Below are positions 10,508-20,429 of a DNA stretch of 64,000 bases, piece after piece. Below the pieces are notes generated by a model, which was not told the DNA's origin, made no database searches, and saw only the letters and a program-made list of their open reading frames with translations. This DNA is from Patiria miniata (taxonomy: Eukaryota), in assembly GCF_015706575.1 (NCBI RefSeq), contig NW_024037061.1, forward strand, positions 915,897 to 979,896. The letters run 5' to 3'. Position 1 is the first letter of the stretch. The number at the start of each line of letters is the position of its first letter. The position numbers and the translations under genes are program-made.

Positions 10508-11228
10508 GTAAGTCACACTGTTACATTACAAATTATGTAGTTAGTATTACAATTGTTATGTTTTTGAGAAGACTATGCGCAAAAAGGAGTGCATTCACAC
10601 TTGCCTACAGCCAGGTCAGGTGACAGCCCAGTTTCCGGACATGCCGGACGAACATTATTAAGCCAAAGTAAGGGCAAGGCTGTCCGGCATGTCAAGTAGA
10701 ATTAATTAAAAATAAAGGGGCGCTGCGTCCTCAGAATCTCAGAATCTCAGAATCTCGGAAAGTTGACTGGATATCGCCGCTAGGCATCATCATCCAGTTT
10801 GACTTCACGCCGGTGCCGTGCAAGCGTGAAATTGAATTTAAATAAATTATGAGAGAAAAAAATGTACAACAAAAAAATGGGAAATATTCCCTTATATCTG
10901 GCCATCACTTGTCACCCTGTACGTGCACAAACCGTCATTGATGACTGAGACTGGGTAGGCACTGGTAGGGTTTTGAATTATGAAATTTTACACTGTAGGC
11001 CCTATACGTTTGTATTCTATGATGTCTCAGCTTTTGCCCTCCGGGTTATAAGATTTTTTTTTTAGAAATGTAGGCATCTTTCTGGAGTACATGTACGCCT
11101 AAAATGTCTAATGGCAGCCTTTTTAATGTATAAAACTATGACCCCAAACTGTGACGACGTGAGTATGCACAAATCCTGAGTGGTGTAAGGTGTAAGGAGT
11201 GTTTCTATTCTTGCTATTCCTTTTCCAG

Positions 11229-11320
11229 GGGAAAGGACAAGAAGACCGCGTCGAAGCGACGTGTTAGCAGCAGCGACAGCAGCAGTAGTGACAGCAGCTC
11301 TGCTAACTCCTCATCATCGG
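11229..11320 (+). CDS. Ser/Lys-rich protein, exon 2 (GKDKKTASKRRVSSSDSSSSDSSS...)
   Basis: Acceptor ttttccag| and donor G|GTATGA. Phase is consistent: 1 nt carried in, phase 1 out. Confidence 0.65.
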
Positions 11321-11961
11321 GTATGACTGATCCGTCCCAACTATGGCAGTGGACCCAACTACAGTTGGGACAGGCCCTACAATAGTTTGGGAATTCCTGA
11401 CTATAGTTGAGATGAATCAAACTGTAGTTGGGATTGTCCCAACTAGAATTGGGATGATTCTGTAGTTGGGGCGCAACGTGGCCACTGGGGAAACGTGTTC
11501 CGTCGACAGAAACAGACACAAATGCAAATTTACAGTCCGTACAATTCTGTCGAAAGACGTAAAACACTTGGTTAAGCTTTAGGATATCTTGTCCCTTTGA
11601 AATGATCATTTGCATGTATCCCAAAAGTAACCTGGAGAATTATTATCGGAAAGCTTACATGTACTTGGATTAAAGATCGTACTGGTACTAAACACCCATT
11701 GAAATTATTCCGTCTGGCTTGCTGTCATTTGGAAGAAATAAAAAAGTGTATGTGATTTCCAATGTAATTAGCTATGAAAACTTATAACTTTGAGTGAGTA
11801 AGAGTACATGTACGGCAGGGGTGTGCATTGGAGCGAGGAACCGGTAACATCGATGGGGACATTTGTGAATTTACAGTGATACTACTCAGAGTTGTCTTGT
11901 GCCAGTAAAACTTGCAGCAGTCCAAAGATATGATGTTTCACTCTTCAATTATTCCTTGCAG

Positions 11962-12078
11962 AGTCGGAATCAGAAGCGCCGATTCAGATCAAGAAACAAA
12001 AAGTGGACTCGGCAACCAAGAAGCAGCGCAGGCGAGAGAAGAAACGAGAAGAAAGACGGAAGAAAAAGAAGGAACTAA
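11962..12078 (+). CDS. Ser/Lys-rich protein, exon 3 (basic KKQRRREKKREERRKKKKE)
   Basis: Acceptor ccttgcag| and donor A|GTAAGA. Phase is 1-1. Confidence 0.7.
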   Translation, partial: SRNQKRRFRSRNKKWTRQPRSSAGERRNEKKDGRKRRN

Positions 12079-12432
12079 GTAAGAGAAATGATGACAAAAA
12101 ATTATCATTGTATATTTCTAAAAACGCAGCGGCTATCGTTATGGCAGTCGACCATCTGGTTTCCTGACCTGACAATATTCAACGTCAGGATTTTTTTTGG
12201 TGCTTATTCAACTTAATTCGTCTTAATTCCTGGCAAGCTGCCGCATTGGTAAAAGGTGTTACCAACAGGTCTTGGGAACATTGGCACTCTATCCGAGCAA
12301 TTCCAAGCGAACTTTGCACAGCGGTTATAAGAAGCGCACAAGGAGCCAATTTTTGTTCTACTCAAATTGTTCAATTTGAGGTGGCTGTACTCAACCGTTT
12401 TATGTGAACTTTTTTGTGTGTGTTCTTTTTAG

Positions 12433-12497
12433 ATAAAATCTCCAGGGATGACTTTTATCACAAGAGTACGGAGTTCAGATTATGGCTTGTCGAAGAG
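12433..12497 (+). CDS. Ser/Lys-rich protein, exon 4 (NKISRDDFYHKSTEFRLWLVEE)
   Basis: Acceptor ttttag| and donor GAG|GTAGGT. It ends in phase 0. Confidence 0.7.
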
Positions 12498-13100
12498 GTA
12501 GGTCGACTGTAGCCAATCGTCATAATTTAAAAACAATTGCCAGACACCAATGTTGTAAAGAACACACAAATGTAACTATAACAAATGTCACAAAAAACCT
12601 AACTGTGAGTAGAATAATTGGTCTTTGAAATGCTTTTTAGTTGGTTACATTAGGAATTTTATTCAAAAGATACAGCAATCACGATACGGGACCTTGAAAA
12701 ACCACTTGGGCCACTTGTTTTTATTAATATCTCCTGGTTTTCCAAAAATACCTTTGTCTAAATGATAAGCTGCACAAACACTTTTGACCCCTCCTTTGTG
12801 TGTTTCTCTAACTGTGCTTTCTCACTTTCAAGGAAAGTTGCCCAAGACAATTTTCAACTCTTGAGTTCGATGAAGCATAGCTTTTGTTCCAATGCATCGA
12901 TTTAAATGAAATAAAGTTTGAATGGTAGATTGGTTATCTGACTTTAAGAGGTAATTTGAAAATATTCCAAAACCTTCATGCAATATACCTTTACTAATTG
13001 GTTCTCGACTGTTAGGTTTTTTTTGTGGGACAACCTTTACAATGTAATACAGTTGCCAATGGGTTGAGATTTCATATATTTTTTATATTCTCAATTACAG

Positions 13101-13193
13101 AAAGGCAAATATTTTGACCAGCTGTCAGGGTCAAAAGCCAAGTCCTACTTCAAGAGATTCGTGAAAAAGTGGAACAGCGGAAAACTTTCAAAG
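13101..13193 (+). CDS. Ser/Lys-rich protein, exon 5 (KGKYFDQLSGSKAKSYFKRFVKKWNSGKLSK)
   Basis: Acceptor aattacag| and donor AAG|GTAAGA. Phase is 0-0. Confidence 0.72.
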
Positions 13194-13307
13194 GTAAGAA
13201 GAACGACCAATCTAACCTTTGCATCCCACAAATATTTCTTATCTTTATTGTAAACATTGTTCATTTGATTTGGTTCTTTAATGATTTTTGTTTGCTCCCT
13301 TTTCTAG

Positions 13308-13370
13308 AAGTTCTACAGAGGTATCGACCATGAGGACGCAAGAACGTCTTTGACCAAATACAAATGGAAG
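13308..13370 (+). CDS. Ser/Lys-rich protein, exon 6 (KFYRGIDHEDARTSLTKYKWK)
   Basis: Acceptor ttttctag| and donor AAG|GTGAGA. Phase is 0-0. Confidence 0.7.
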
Positions 13371-13639
13371 GTGAGAAATCTCTCTTCCTTGGCTTCATTT
13401 TCTCTTTTTATCGAAATGAAAAAAAAGTCAAACAAGTGTCAAAATTCCACTTTTGTTAAAATCTTATAGCTGCGAAATTGAAACAGCCTTTTTAGGCATT
13501 TACCACTTCCCGCCGGGTTTACTTTTGCCGAAAATTTCAAAATTTTCAAAAGGCCAAATTTTTCCAGCCAACTTCTGATATACATGCATAAAGCCAAACG
13601 CCACAAATTCTGATTCGCAAGAGGGATGTTAACTGTATT

Positions 13640-13945
13640 TGCTGGATATTTCTTGCGAAAACCGCATTGTATTGTTTCAATACTCCGGGGTGTGCACTGG
13701 AGCGTAAATGGTACAACAATAGGCCGTGCACAAGGGGCCACACAATGGTCAGCACACGGTCCACAATCACAGACTGCTTGGACTTCGCGTGTGTGTACAA
13801 AAGGCACGAGGGATTAGCGTGTTTAGACATCACCCGGAGGCGAGTCGAGGCAATCTTGACGTCTTAACCCGTCAGCCGTGCCTGGGTACACAAACAGGCA
13901 GTGCGTGTTATCACGGCCCCCGGCGCAAAGTGGTTAACATGTAGA
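13640..13945 (+). mobile_element. Interspersed element (inverted copy at 38100-38320)
   Basis: 13800-13905 is the reverse complement of 38115-38220 at ~90% identity. The ORFs inside it are junk. Confidence 0.5.
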
Positions 13946-14377
13946 CCCCTCCCAGTCTGTATTCCGTACGTACATCAAAATAAATTTTGTGCTAGCAAAA
14001 ACAAAATAAAGCTGACTTTTGAAACACGTATGTCAAAAACAAATAAAAATGAAGAAATACTTTCACTGCACCTATTTTAGAGCAACCCTACATGTTGGAC
14101 CAAAAAGTGTTGGATTTTTTGTGGCCTAAATAAATACAACAAGTATAAAAATTACATAGCTTACAACATGTACAATGCATTATGTGTCAGCAAGATAAAT
14201 GAATGTATTAACAATGAAAGTCATTTGAATTAAGGTATTGGGGAATAAAAGAAGTTTTTGGGAGGTTTCAGCTTTAAAAAGCTTACATTCTTAAAAAGTT
14301 AACTTCAGAGGAAAAAGGACAGCATTAAGTTTGCAAAATTCATAACAATTTGTAAAAGAGAGATTTCACACCTTCAG

Positions 14378-14641
14378 TTTGCAGAGCTTCACACACCCCC
14401 AAAGAAACTGGACATCGCCAAATACAGTGACAGACACAACACCGCGAGGGGTGGGGAGCACATGACCCCCGTGGCGGACGGACTCATGAAGCCCAAGACG
14501 TTCTCGACATTCGGCAAATCGTCATCATCCGGTTCTCAGGAGGACGACTGTGGCACTTCGATCGGTCCCAGTAGGCCTGTACAGGGTCCGGCAAGGCCTG
14601 TGCAGGGCCCGACAAGACCTATACAGGGGCCCATGTTACCA
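14378..14641 (+). CDS. Ser/Lys-rich protein, exon 7 (contains 3x RPVQGP repeat)
   Basis: The open frame of 264 nt lies between acceptor ttcag| at 14376-14377 and donor CCA|GTAAGC. Phase 0-0 fits its neighbours. A second acceptor 7 nt downstream (gcag|) would break the phase. The exon is low-complexity, so confidence is moderate. Confidence 0.5.
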
Positions 14642-15428
14642 GTAAGCAGAAAGACACGAGAATTTTCTCAGATTGTACACTTTTTTCTTGAATCTTAATT
14701 TTTCTTGAAACGACTGAAGCAAAACTGACGTTCTTTTAAATAAAGTCCATTTTGCTTACTTTTTGTGTAATTATCAAGACAATTTTCAGTCGAAAAATTT
14801 CATATTTGACAAGTTCCTCATTCAAACAAAGCCAAATAATGCAGTAATTCCCCCCATAGCCTTGGTTGAACTATTGACCCTAAAAATCCCAGCCAAACAC
14901 CACCCCTCTTACAAGAACCACATATTTGTGTAAGGAAATCCCTTAATAGTTTGTCTAGCTGACCTCGACGCAGGCATGGCTAATCATTCATTCTCTCAAC
15001 AAGACTAGTCAGCAACATCTAGTGATGGCTGTTTGCAGTCTTCTGTCCACTATATCGTCCAAACAGACAGTGCATAGTTACGTGGATTTGGACACTAGGA
15101 AAAATTGTTGCAACCTGATGCCACATTTTTCTTAATATATGCATGTAATCTCAATGAAGGTCATTCATTGCAAACATGACGATAAGACATGAATCTGGGA
15201 CTGAGAAACATTTCCAATTTAGTTAGGAAATACTTAGAAAATTTTCTTGACTCTCTATAGACTTTTGACACAACTGCTGAAGTGGCGTCGGGTTGCAACA
15301 TTTTTTTCTGGACACTATTCAAACGAGTACGACCGTACAATCATATGTGTATTATGTTCCCCCCCCCCCCCCAGCCACGCAGGGTTAATTTATGCTCTCT
15401 TAACCCAGCCAGTCTCTTCCATCTTTAG

Positions 15429-15527
15429 GGTTCGACACTTTCCCAAGCAGAACACGAGGACAGACAGGAACAGAGTGCACAACAGCTCAGGAAAGAGAGA
15501 AAAGATTTCAGGAAACACAACCAAATG
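15429..15527 (+). CDS. Ser/Lys-rich protein, exon 8 (AEHEDRQEQSAQQLRKERKDFRKHNQM)
   Basis: Acceptor atctttag| and donor ATG|GTAAGA. Phase is 0-0. The composition is coiled-coil-like. Confidence 0.6.
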
Positions 15528-15669
15528 GTAAGAGCATAACTGCAGAGGGGAAAAGGGCGGGTCCAGCATCCCTTTTTTTTCCCTCGACCAATTTTTGAGC
15601 ATGTACTCAATTGAACTGCATTGATATAAATTGAAAAAAACAAGACGACCCTTGTGATACTGGTTCCAG

Positions 15670-15835
15670 ATGGCACAGTTTTCTATTCTGTTGACACAGA
15701 ATGGCTATTTATTAAACTGGAAGTCTTTTCATGCATCCGGTCTGGACATTGGGCTGGATTTAGCCCATTCATTTGTGTTACGGGGTAATCCTATACAATA
15801 GCACTGCCTGGCTTTCTTCAGTAGTCGACAGCCAT
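15670..15835 (+). repeat. Copy of the gggtaatcctatacaatagcactgccc element
   Basis: Similarity to 44060-44230 (ttatttatt...catgcatc.gg...attgggc...atttagcccatt...gggtaatcctatacaatagcactgcc). Confidence 0.45.
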
Positions 15836-15846
15836 TCCAATTCAGT

Positions 15847-16135
15847 GGGGTGCTGTGGTGCAATGGTTATGGTGTTCAACTCGCATGCCGTGGTTCGTGG
15901 GTTCGAATCCTGACGGGGACCATGGTGCTTGTGCTCTTGAGCAAGGCACTTTACCATTATATGCTTTGTCCTTTGGATAGGATGACAGCCTCAGGTCCCG
16001 TGTGTTATGTAAAACACCAGTAGCACTTATCGCTAAGAGAAGGGGTTTGCCCCGGTGTTTCTGGCAGTGGCTGCAATATGCGCCGCAGCACCTCGTTAAC
16101 CCTTATAAGGTGCTACATAATGGGTCTCATATTTC
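15847..16135 (+). mobile_element. tRNA-derived SINE (tRNA-like head with GGTTCGAATCC T-loop, then a body shared with 38325-38500)
   Basis: The head GGGGTGCTGTGGTGCAATGG...GTGGGTTCGAATCCTGACGGGGACCA has tRNA A/B-box character. The body ...cttgagcaaggcactttacc... recurs at 38400-38440. Confidence 0.6.
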
Positions 16136-16361
16136 TCATAAACTTCATTAACCTGTCTTTAAAAATACGCATAATTACCAGCGCCTTGAGTACCTAATTG
16201 TTGGTAGATACGTGTGTTATATAAGCCCCCGGTATTATTCACAAGTGTCGGTGAGTCGGTCAGACAGTCAGTCAGTCAGTAAGATAGGTGCAGAGAAAAC
16301 TAGGCTGCTCCTGTGGGACCAGCAAAATTCAAGGAATCTTTTGTTTTCTCTATTTGCTCAG

Positions 16362-16492
16362 GTTATGGAAGAACTTGTACCCAAGGCTACAGGTCACGAA
16401 GCCAGGATCGAGAAGAGACTAGCACGAGCTGACAAGAGACGACAAAGGGGGAACAGTCCGGAGACGAGAGAATCGTTTCTGTTTGGCGGAAA
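16362..16492 (+). CDS. Ser/Lys-rich protein, exon 9 (VMEELVPKATGHEARIEKRLARADKRRQR...)
   Basis: Acceptor tttgctcag| and donor AA|GTAAGT. It ends in phase 2. Confidence 0.65.
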
Positions 16493-17176
16493 GTAAGTCA
16501 GAATAAGGGAACTAGACCGTTGTCGGACTGAAGCATTGTTAACCCTAATAGTCTTCTGCACTTCACAACCAGAACCACTTTTGCCCGTAGAGTTAGCGCC
16601 CACACTTCAAATTCCTTTGAGGTAATTTTCAGGGGAGTATGGATAACACTTCCAATCCCTGCACTATTCTTTTGTGTGGTTAAGCTAAGTGCAAGCAGGC
16701 AGAATTGGTCACGCTATATATGTAAAACCCTTTAAACCCTGCAGGTCAGTTTCAGGTGAAGGGATATGAAGTATTAAAGTAACCGTGTCACGCAGAGAGT
16801 CACGACACCTAAAAAATCGAGTACTCGATGCCATTTCTTTAACTGCAAAAATAAATGCGATCAAATAGTGCACCTTACCATAAAAACTGCTGAAAATTAC
16901 GTAACCAGTTTTCCTAAAACGATTTTAAATGTAAAAGTTAAAGGTAGAAAAGTATGATTCATGAATTCTTATTGAAACCTGTGAAGCGTGCAGAGTACTG
17001 GACAAATCAAAAAACCAAATTTTTGCAGACGGTGCATATGTTTTCCGCTGTTCGCACACAAATTGATGGCCAACTTTCATGTATCACACCCCATGCCAAA
17101 ATGAGAACAATCTGGAGTTTCATAAGAAATAAAGTGATTCAAACACGATATGGTTTCCTATTGGTCAATGCCGCAG

Positions 17177-17300
17177 GACCGACATCCAATCACAGCTGGA
17201 CGCTCATCGGCAGAAGAAGGAGCAAAGACGGGAACGGTTAGAGGACAAGGCTGCCACCAAGTTGGAGGTTTACCGGGCTAAGGAGAAAGCTAAAATGACG
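17177..17300 (+). CDS. Ser/Lys-rich protein, exon 10 (TDIQSQLDAHRQKKEQRRERLEDKAATKLEVYRAKEKAKMT)
   Basis: Acceptor ccgcag| and donor ACG|GTGAGT. The carry-in AA+G gives Lys. It ends in phase 0. Confidence 0.65.
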
Positions 17301-17739
17301 GTGAGTTAATGTGCATCTGAACCGGGGATTTGAGTCCCCGACCGCTGATGTCAGGAACCAGTTCCAGATTATGGGATCGGGTAGCCATAACCAACTTTGC
17401 AAATCACTTAGTAACTTCTCAGACTATGAAAAAGATAAGGTTTTGAATGTCATTTGTGGGGAATTTTCAAAAAGAAAACTTGTCTACATGGAAAAAACAA
17501 AACATATTTAACGTTTATGACGCTCACAAAAGTTGTCACCAGAAAGCTGTATTGCTCACTGTACACTGTACACACTTGTATTTTTTCTGTATTGATACGC
17601 TGACGTGGCAGTATTATCTTGCACACCTTTATGAGGAATGTTTACAGCATCTTTCCGAGGTTTGAATTTTGGGGTTAGGTTTCTTGAATGGGTACTCTGG
17701 TAGTCGTGTGTTTTAATACCTTGACAAAGTGCATCCTAC

Positions 17740-17850
17740 GAAATCAGTAACACACTTTTGCCATGTAACCTCAATCCTCCAAATTCCTCCACTTTGGCAA
17801 AGAGGATTTTGAAGGATTCAGGGCAGTTAGGGTTAAGTATTCAATTATTG
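17740..17850. repeat. Fragment of the cctcaatcctgcaaaatcctcc...gaggatt..gggttagggttaa repeat family (see 35190-35600)
   Basis: Similarity to 35520-35590. Confidence 0.4.
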
Positions 17851-17994
17851 GAACTTGTATTTGATGGAATATTCGGTATAAACGGCGTAGCCCTACAGTA
17901 AGTACATAAACATGAGTGTCTTTTTAGGGTAAATAATGGCTATTCAGAAAAAACAGTTCGCAGTTGTGCCAAAAAAATAATATGGTGTTGCCAC

Positions 17995-18372
17995 TAAGGC
18001 CAAAAAAAAAAATAAGTCGGTCTCTGGTCAGCGCGCTCGTCGATTTTAATCATGCGCGTCGATCTTTTTTTTTTCCAAAATGTTCCGCGGTAGCTCCAAC
18101 AGCTCTATTGCCGCACCTCCTCAATTTTTACCAAAGAGCACCAAGGAATGGGAAATTGCACCAAGACAAATGATCGAGAGCACCAAGGCAAATTATGGAG
18201 GACACCAATGTACATGAGGACACCAAAAAAGCAAAATAGTACCCCACCTTGTCTGTACAATCCAAGCTTGAAGAAAAAGAAAAAAAAGCAAAAAAAAAAA
18301 AAAAAGCCGCGTCGCCGCGTCAATTCCGGAACTTTGGTCTGACCAGAGACCGAATATTTTTTTTTTTTGGCC
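17995..18372. mobile_element. MITE with ~30-bp TIRs (ggccaaaaaaaaaaa.aagtcggtctctggtcag), containing poly-A tracts
   Basis: 17995-18030 is the reverse complement of 18337-18372. A partial related copy (gccgcgtcgccgc ... tttttttttggcc) lies at 51040-51150. Confidence 0.55.
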
Positions 18373-18468
18373 TAACCTGAACGACTGTGAAATTTGGCGG
18401 TACGTAGGATCGGCAGTGTATGTTGTATTTTGTTCTTGACCTTGTTGTTTTGTTTGTAACCATTCCAG

Positions 18469-18519
18469 GCACTGCTTGAGCAAGCAAGGGCCAGCAAAAG
18501 TGCCAACGCCCTTTGGTGA
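18469..18519 (+). CDS. Ser/Lys-rich protein, terminal exon (ALLEQARASKSANALW, stop TGA at 18517-18519)
   Basis: Acceptor cattccag|. In-frame stop after 16 codons. An AT-rich 3' region with an A/T-tailed SINE follows. Confidence 0.6.
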   Translation, partial: ALLEQARASKSANALW

Positions 18520-18811
18520 TCACGTTGGTAGTTCAGAGGAGCTTTCAACTTTGTCATCCTTTTGAGCTGGTAAATAGTATGTTTGATTTCAAATTAAGTT
18601 GATGTGTCTTTCGTTTTTCTGTTTTTCTGGTGCTGCCAAAATTCATGAATGAAATGTACTTTTAGGGGGAAAACCAAATGTGAATTTTGAAATAATTTGT
18701 AACTCTGAATTTTAAATATACTTTTAATTTTATGTTGGAGTTTTATTTGATTATTATGATCAATGTTATTTTTTTAAGGACATTATTTGTACAGTTCTAA
18801 ATCAGTGTGAA

Positions 18812-18935
18812 GCCTATTTTTTTTTTTTTTTTTTTTTTACGTTGATCAAAGAAATTGACTGGAGTAAGGTTTGGACCCGCAACCTCCGGATTGCCGTTCC
18901 GGTGCTCTACCAACTGAGCTATCCAGCCCTATGTT
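18812..18935 (-). mobile_element. tRNA-like mini-SINE / pseudo-tRNA (cloverleaf-like but with anticodon loop ACGGCAA and a degenerate T-stem) with an A-tail
   Basis: Minus strand reads GGCTGGATAGCTCAGTTGGTAGAGCACCGGAACGGCAATCCGGAGGTTGCGGGTCCAAACCTTACTCCAGTC followed by poly-A. A second copy lies at 51770-51900. Confidence 0.5.
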
Positions 18936-19589
18936 GGTGGTTCCTCATTTTGTCACGATGCTAGCAACATAAGCAATGCTGCAAAATCATGTCTCATGAT
19001 CAAACGGTTATGCCGTTTTTTTTTCTTCATTTTTTTTCTCGAAAAAGTGTAATTTCCACTGAGCTGAAACTTCAACAGGTTAGGTTCTGAACATTCTTCT
19101 TTGGATTTTGAAAGGTCATTATTGGAAACGAACAAAAAATGCATGAAAAGCAAACGATCCTATATGCCTTTCAAAAAGAATAAAATGTGTTTTTGGCTAC
19201 TTTAAAGTTGAATTTTTAAGAAGCAATATTTTCCATCATGGCGCTCAATGTTACTGTGTCCATGCATAAAGTTTTCACTGATAATTTTGGTATGTTTGTT
19301 TTCAGGGAAAAAAGCTTTATCAGTTTAATTCTTCATTTCATGAGGTAAATGAACATGTTTAAACTTGCATAAGCTTAATTTGCTTTTTTATATTTTTACT
19401 TTATTAAAAGGTGATGGAAACTTTTGGTGGTGGTTATTATTTTAAAATATTTCTTAATAATTGAGAAATAATTTAAACAAGTATTGTTTAAATGATTGCT
19501 GATGGTAGTTCTTACGGGTGAATGCTGCGTTGGTGAAACTATTTTCTTCCCTTTTAAAATTGTGAGTAGTTCACACATTAGGAATTATG

Positions 19590-20220
19590 TTGTGTAGGGT
19601 GAGTCAGAAAAACTGCAATAATGCAGGGATTCCATTTTTTTGTCAAAACCAAGTTGAGGTTTTGTAAGAATGACATATTCGTTGATAACCTTGCGTGAAA
19701 AACTAAAGTTAATCGCATTTACCGTTTGTCCTTTGTGAACCTTTGTACTGCGGTGCCCAATTTGCGGTACAATAAAGACATTAGAGACAACACAGATTTA
19801 AAACTGACTTAACCTTAGCTCAAGCATTATTTTCTGTTTCACTTATTAATGACTAGGCAACGTTTCTCTGGGCTATACTATAGTTACTGTGTCCTTCATT
19901 GTCCACACAATTGCATCTCTGCCCTCTACTTGGCAACCCTGCAAGGCAATGCATGTCTCAGCTCTAGACCTCATGGAAAGAACGGCTCTGGGGGACACAG
20001 TTTGTTCTCGAATAGACGCCTTGTGGACAAAAACGTAAATCGGGCACCGCAGTAAAAAGGTTAAAAAAATAACCGGTATATGCAATTACCCTCGCGTTTT
20101 TTCACACAAGGTTACTGAAGAATGATGTCATTCTTGCAGGGTTTTAAAAATTCAAAACTTCAACTTGGTTTTGAAAGTTACTCACTAAATTTTGGATTAC
20201 CAAATCCCAGCAAGACGAAC
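19590..20220. mobile_element. Foldback / MITE-like element with ~100-bp imperfect terminal inverted repeats
   Basis: 19650-19700 (gtaagaatgacatattcgttgataaccttgcgtgaaaaa) is a near reverse complement of 20095-20135. Confidence 0.4.
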
Positions 20221-20429
20221 TGTATTTCAAAAAGGAGAATATAATAATTAAGCCAACACATTATCTTTTGTAAATAGGAAAAAGACAGAAGGTACAATTT
20301 AAGTTCAGAATATGAGTTGTCAGTATTTGGCAATTAATGTAATTAATGTCAGTTTTTTTCCTAAAACATAATGTATATATGTATATAAAAGCTCAAAAAA
20401 AGTATTTGAATGTGCATCAGTATTTTGAT

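Noticed and set aside
10215-10623. Plus ORFs MMFCEFKFFF... / MKERITVFFEGSSFVFESGEDSLISSTWEAILG...
   Set aside because: These are upstream-region and intron read-through frames. Only ATG 10491 followed by the GTAAGT donor at 10508 chains in phase with downstream exons.
13439-13944. Cluster of overlapping ORFs on both strands
   Set aside because: They lie within an interspersed repeat whose inverted copy is at 38100-38320. No splice signals or homology.
15847-15920. Possible functional tRNA gene (GGGGTGCTGTGGTGCAATGG...GGTTCGAATCC...CCA)
   Set aside because: The D-arm and anticodon arm are degenerate and continuous with a ~200-bp SINE body that recurs at 38325-38500. It is more consistent with a tRNA-derived SINE head, and tRNAscan would settle it.
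18105-18557. ORFs with poly-Phe / poly-Lys runs
   Set aside because: Read-through of poly-A / poly-T tracts inside the MITE at 17995-18372.
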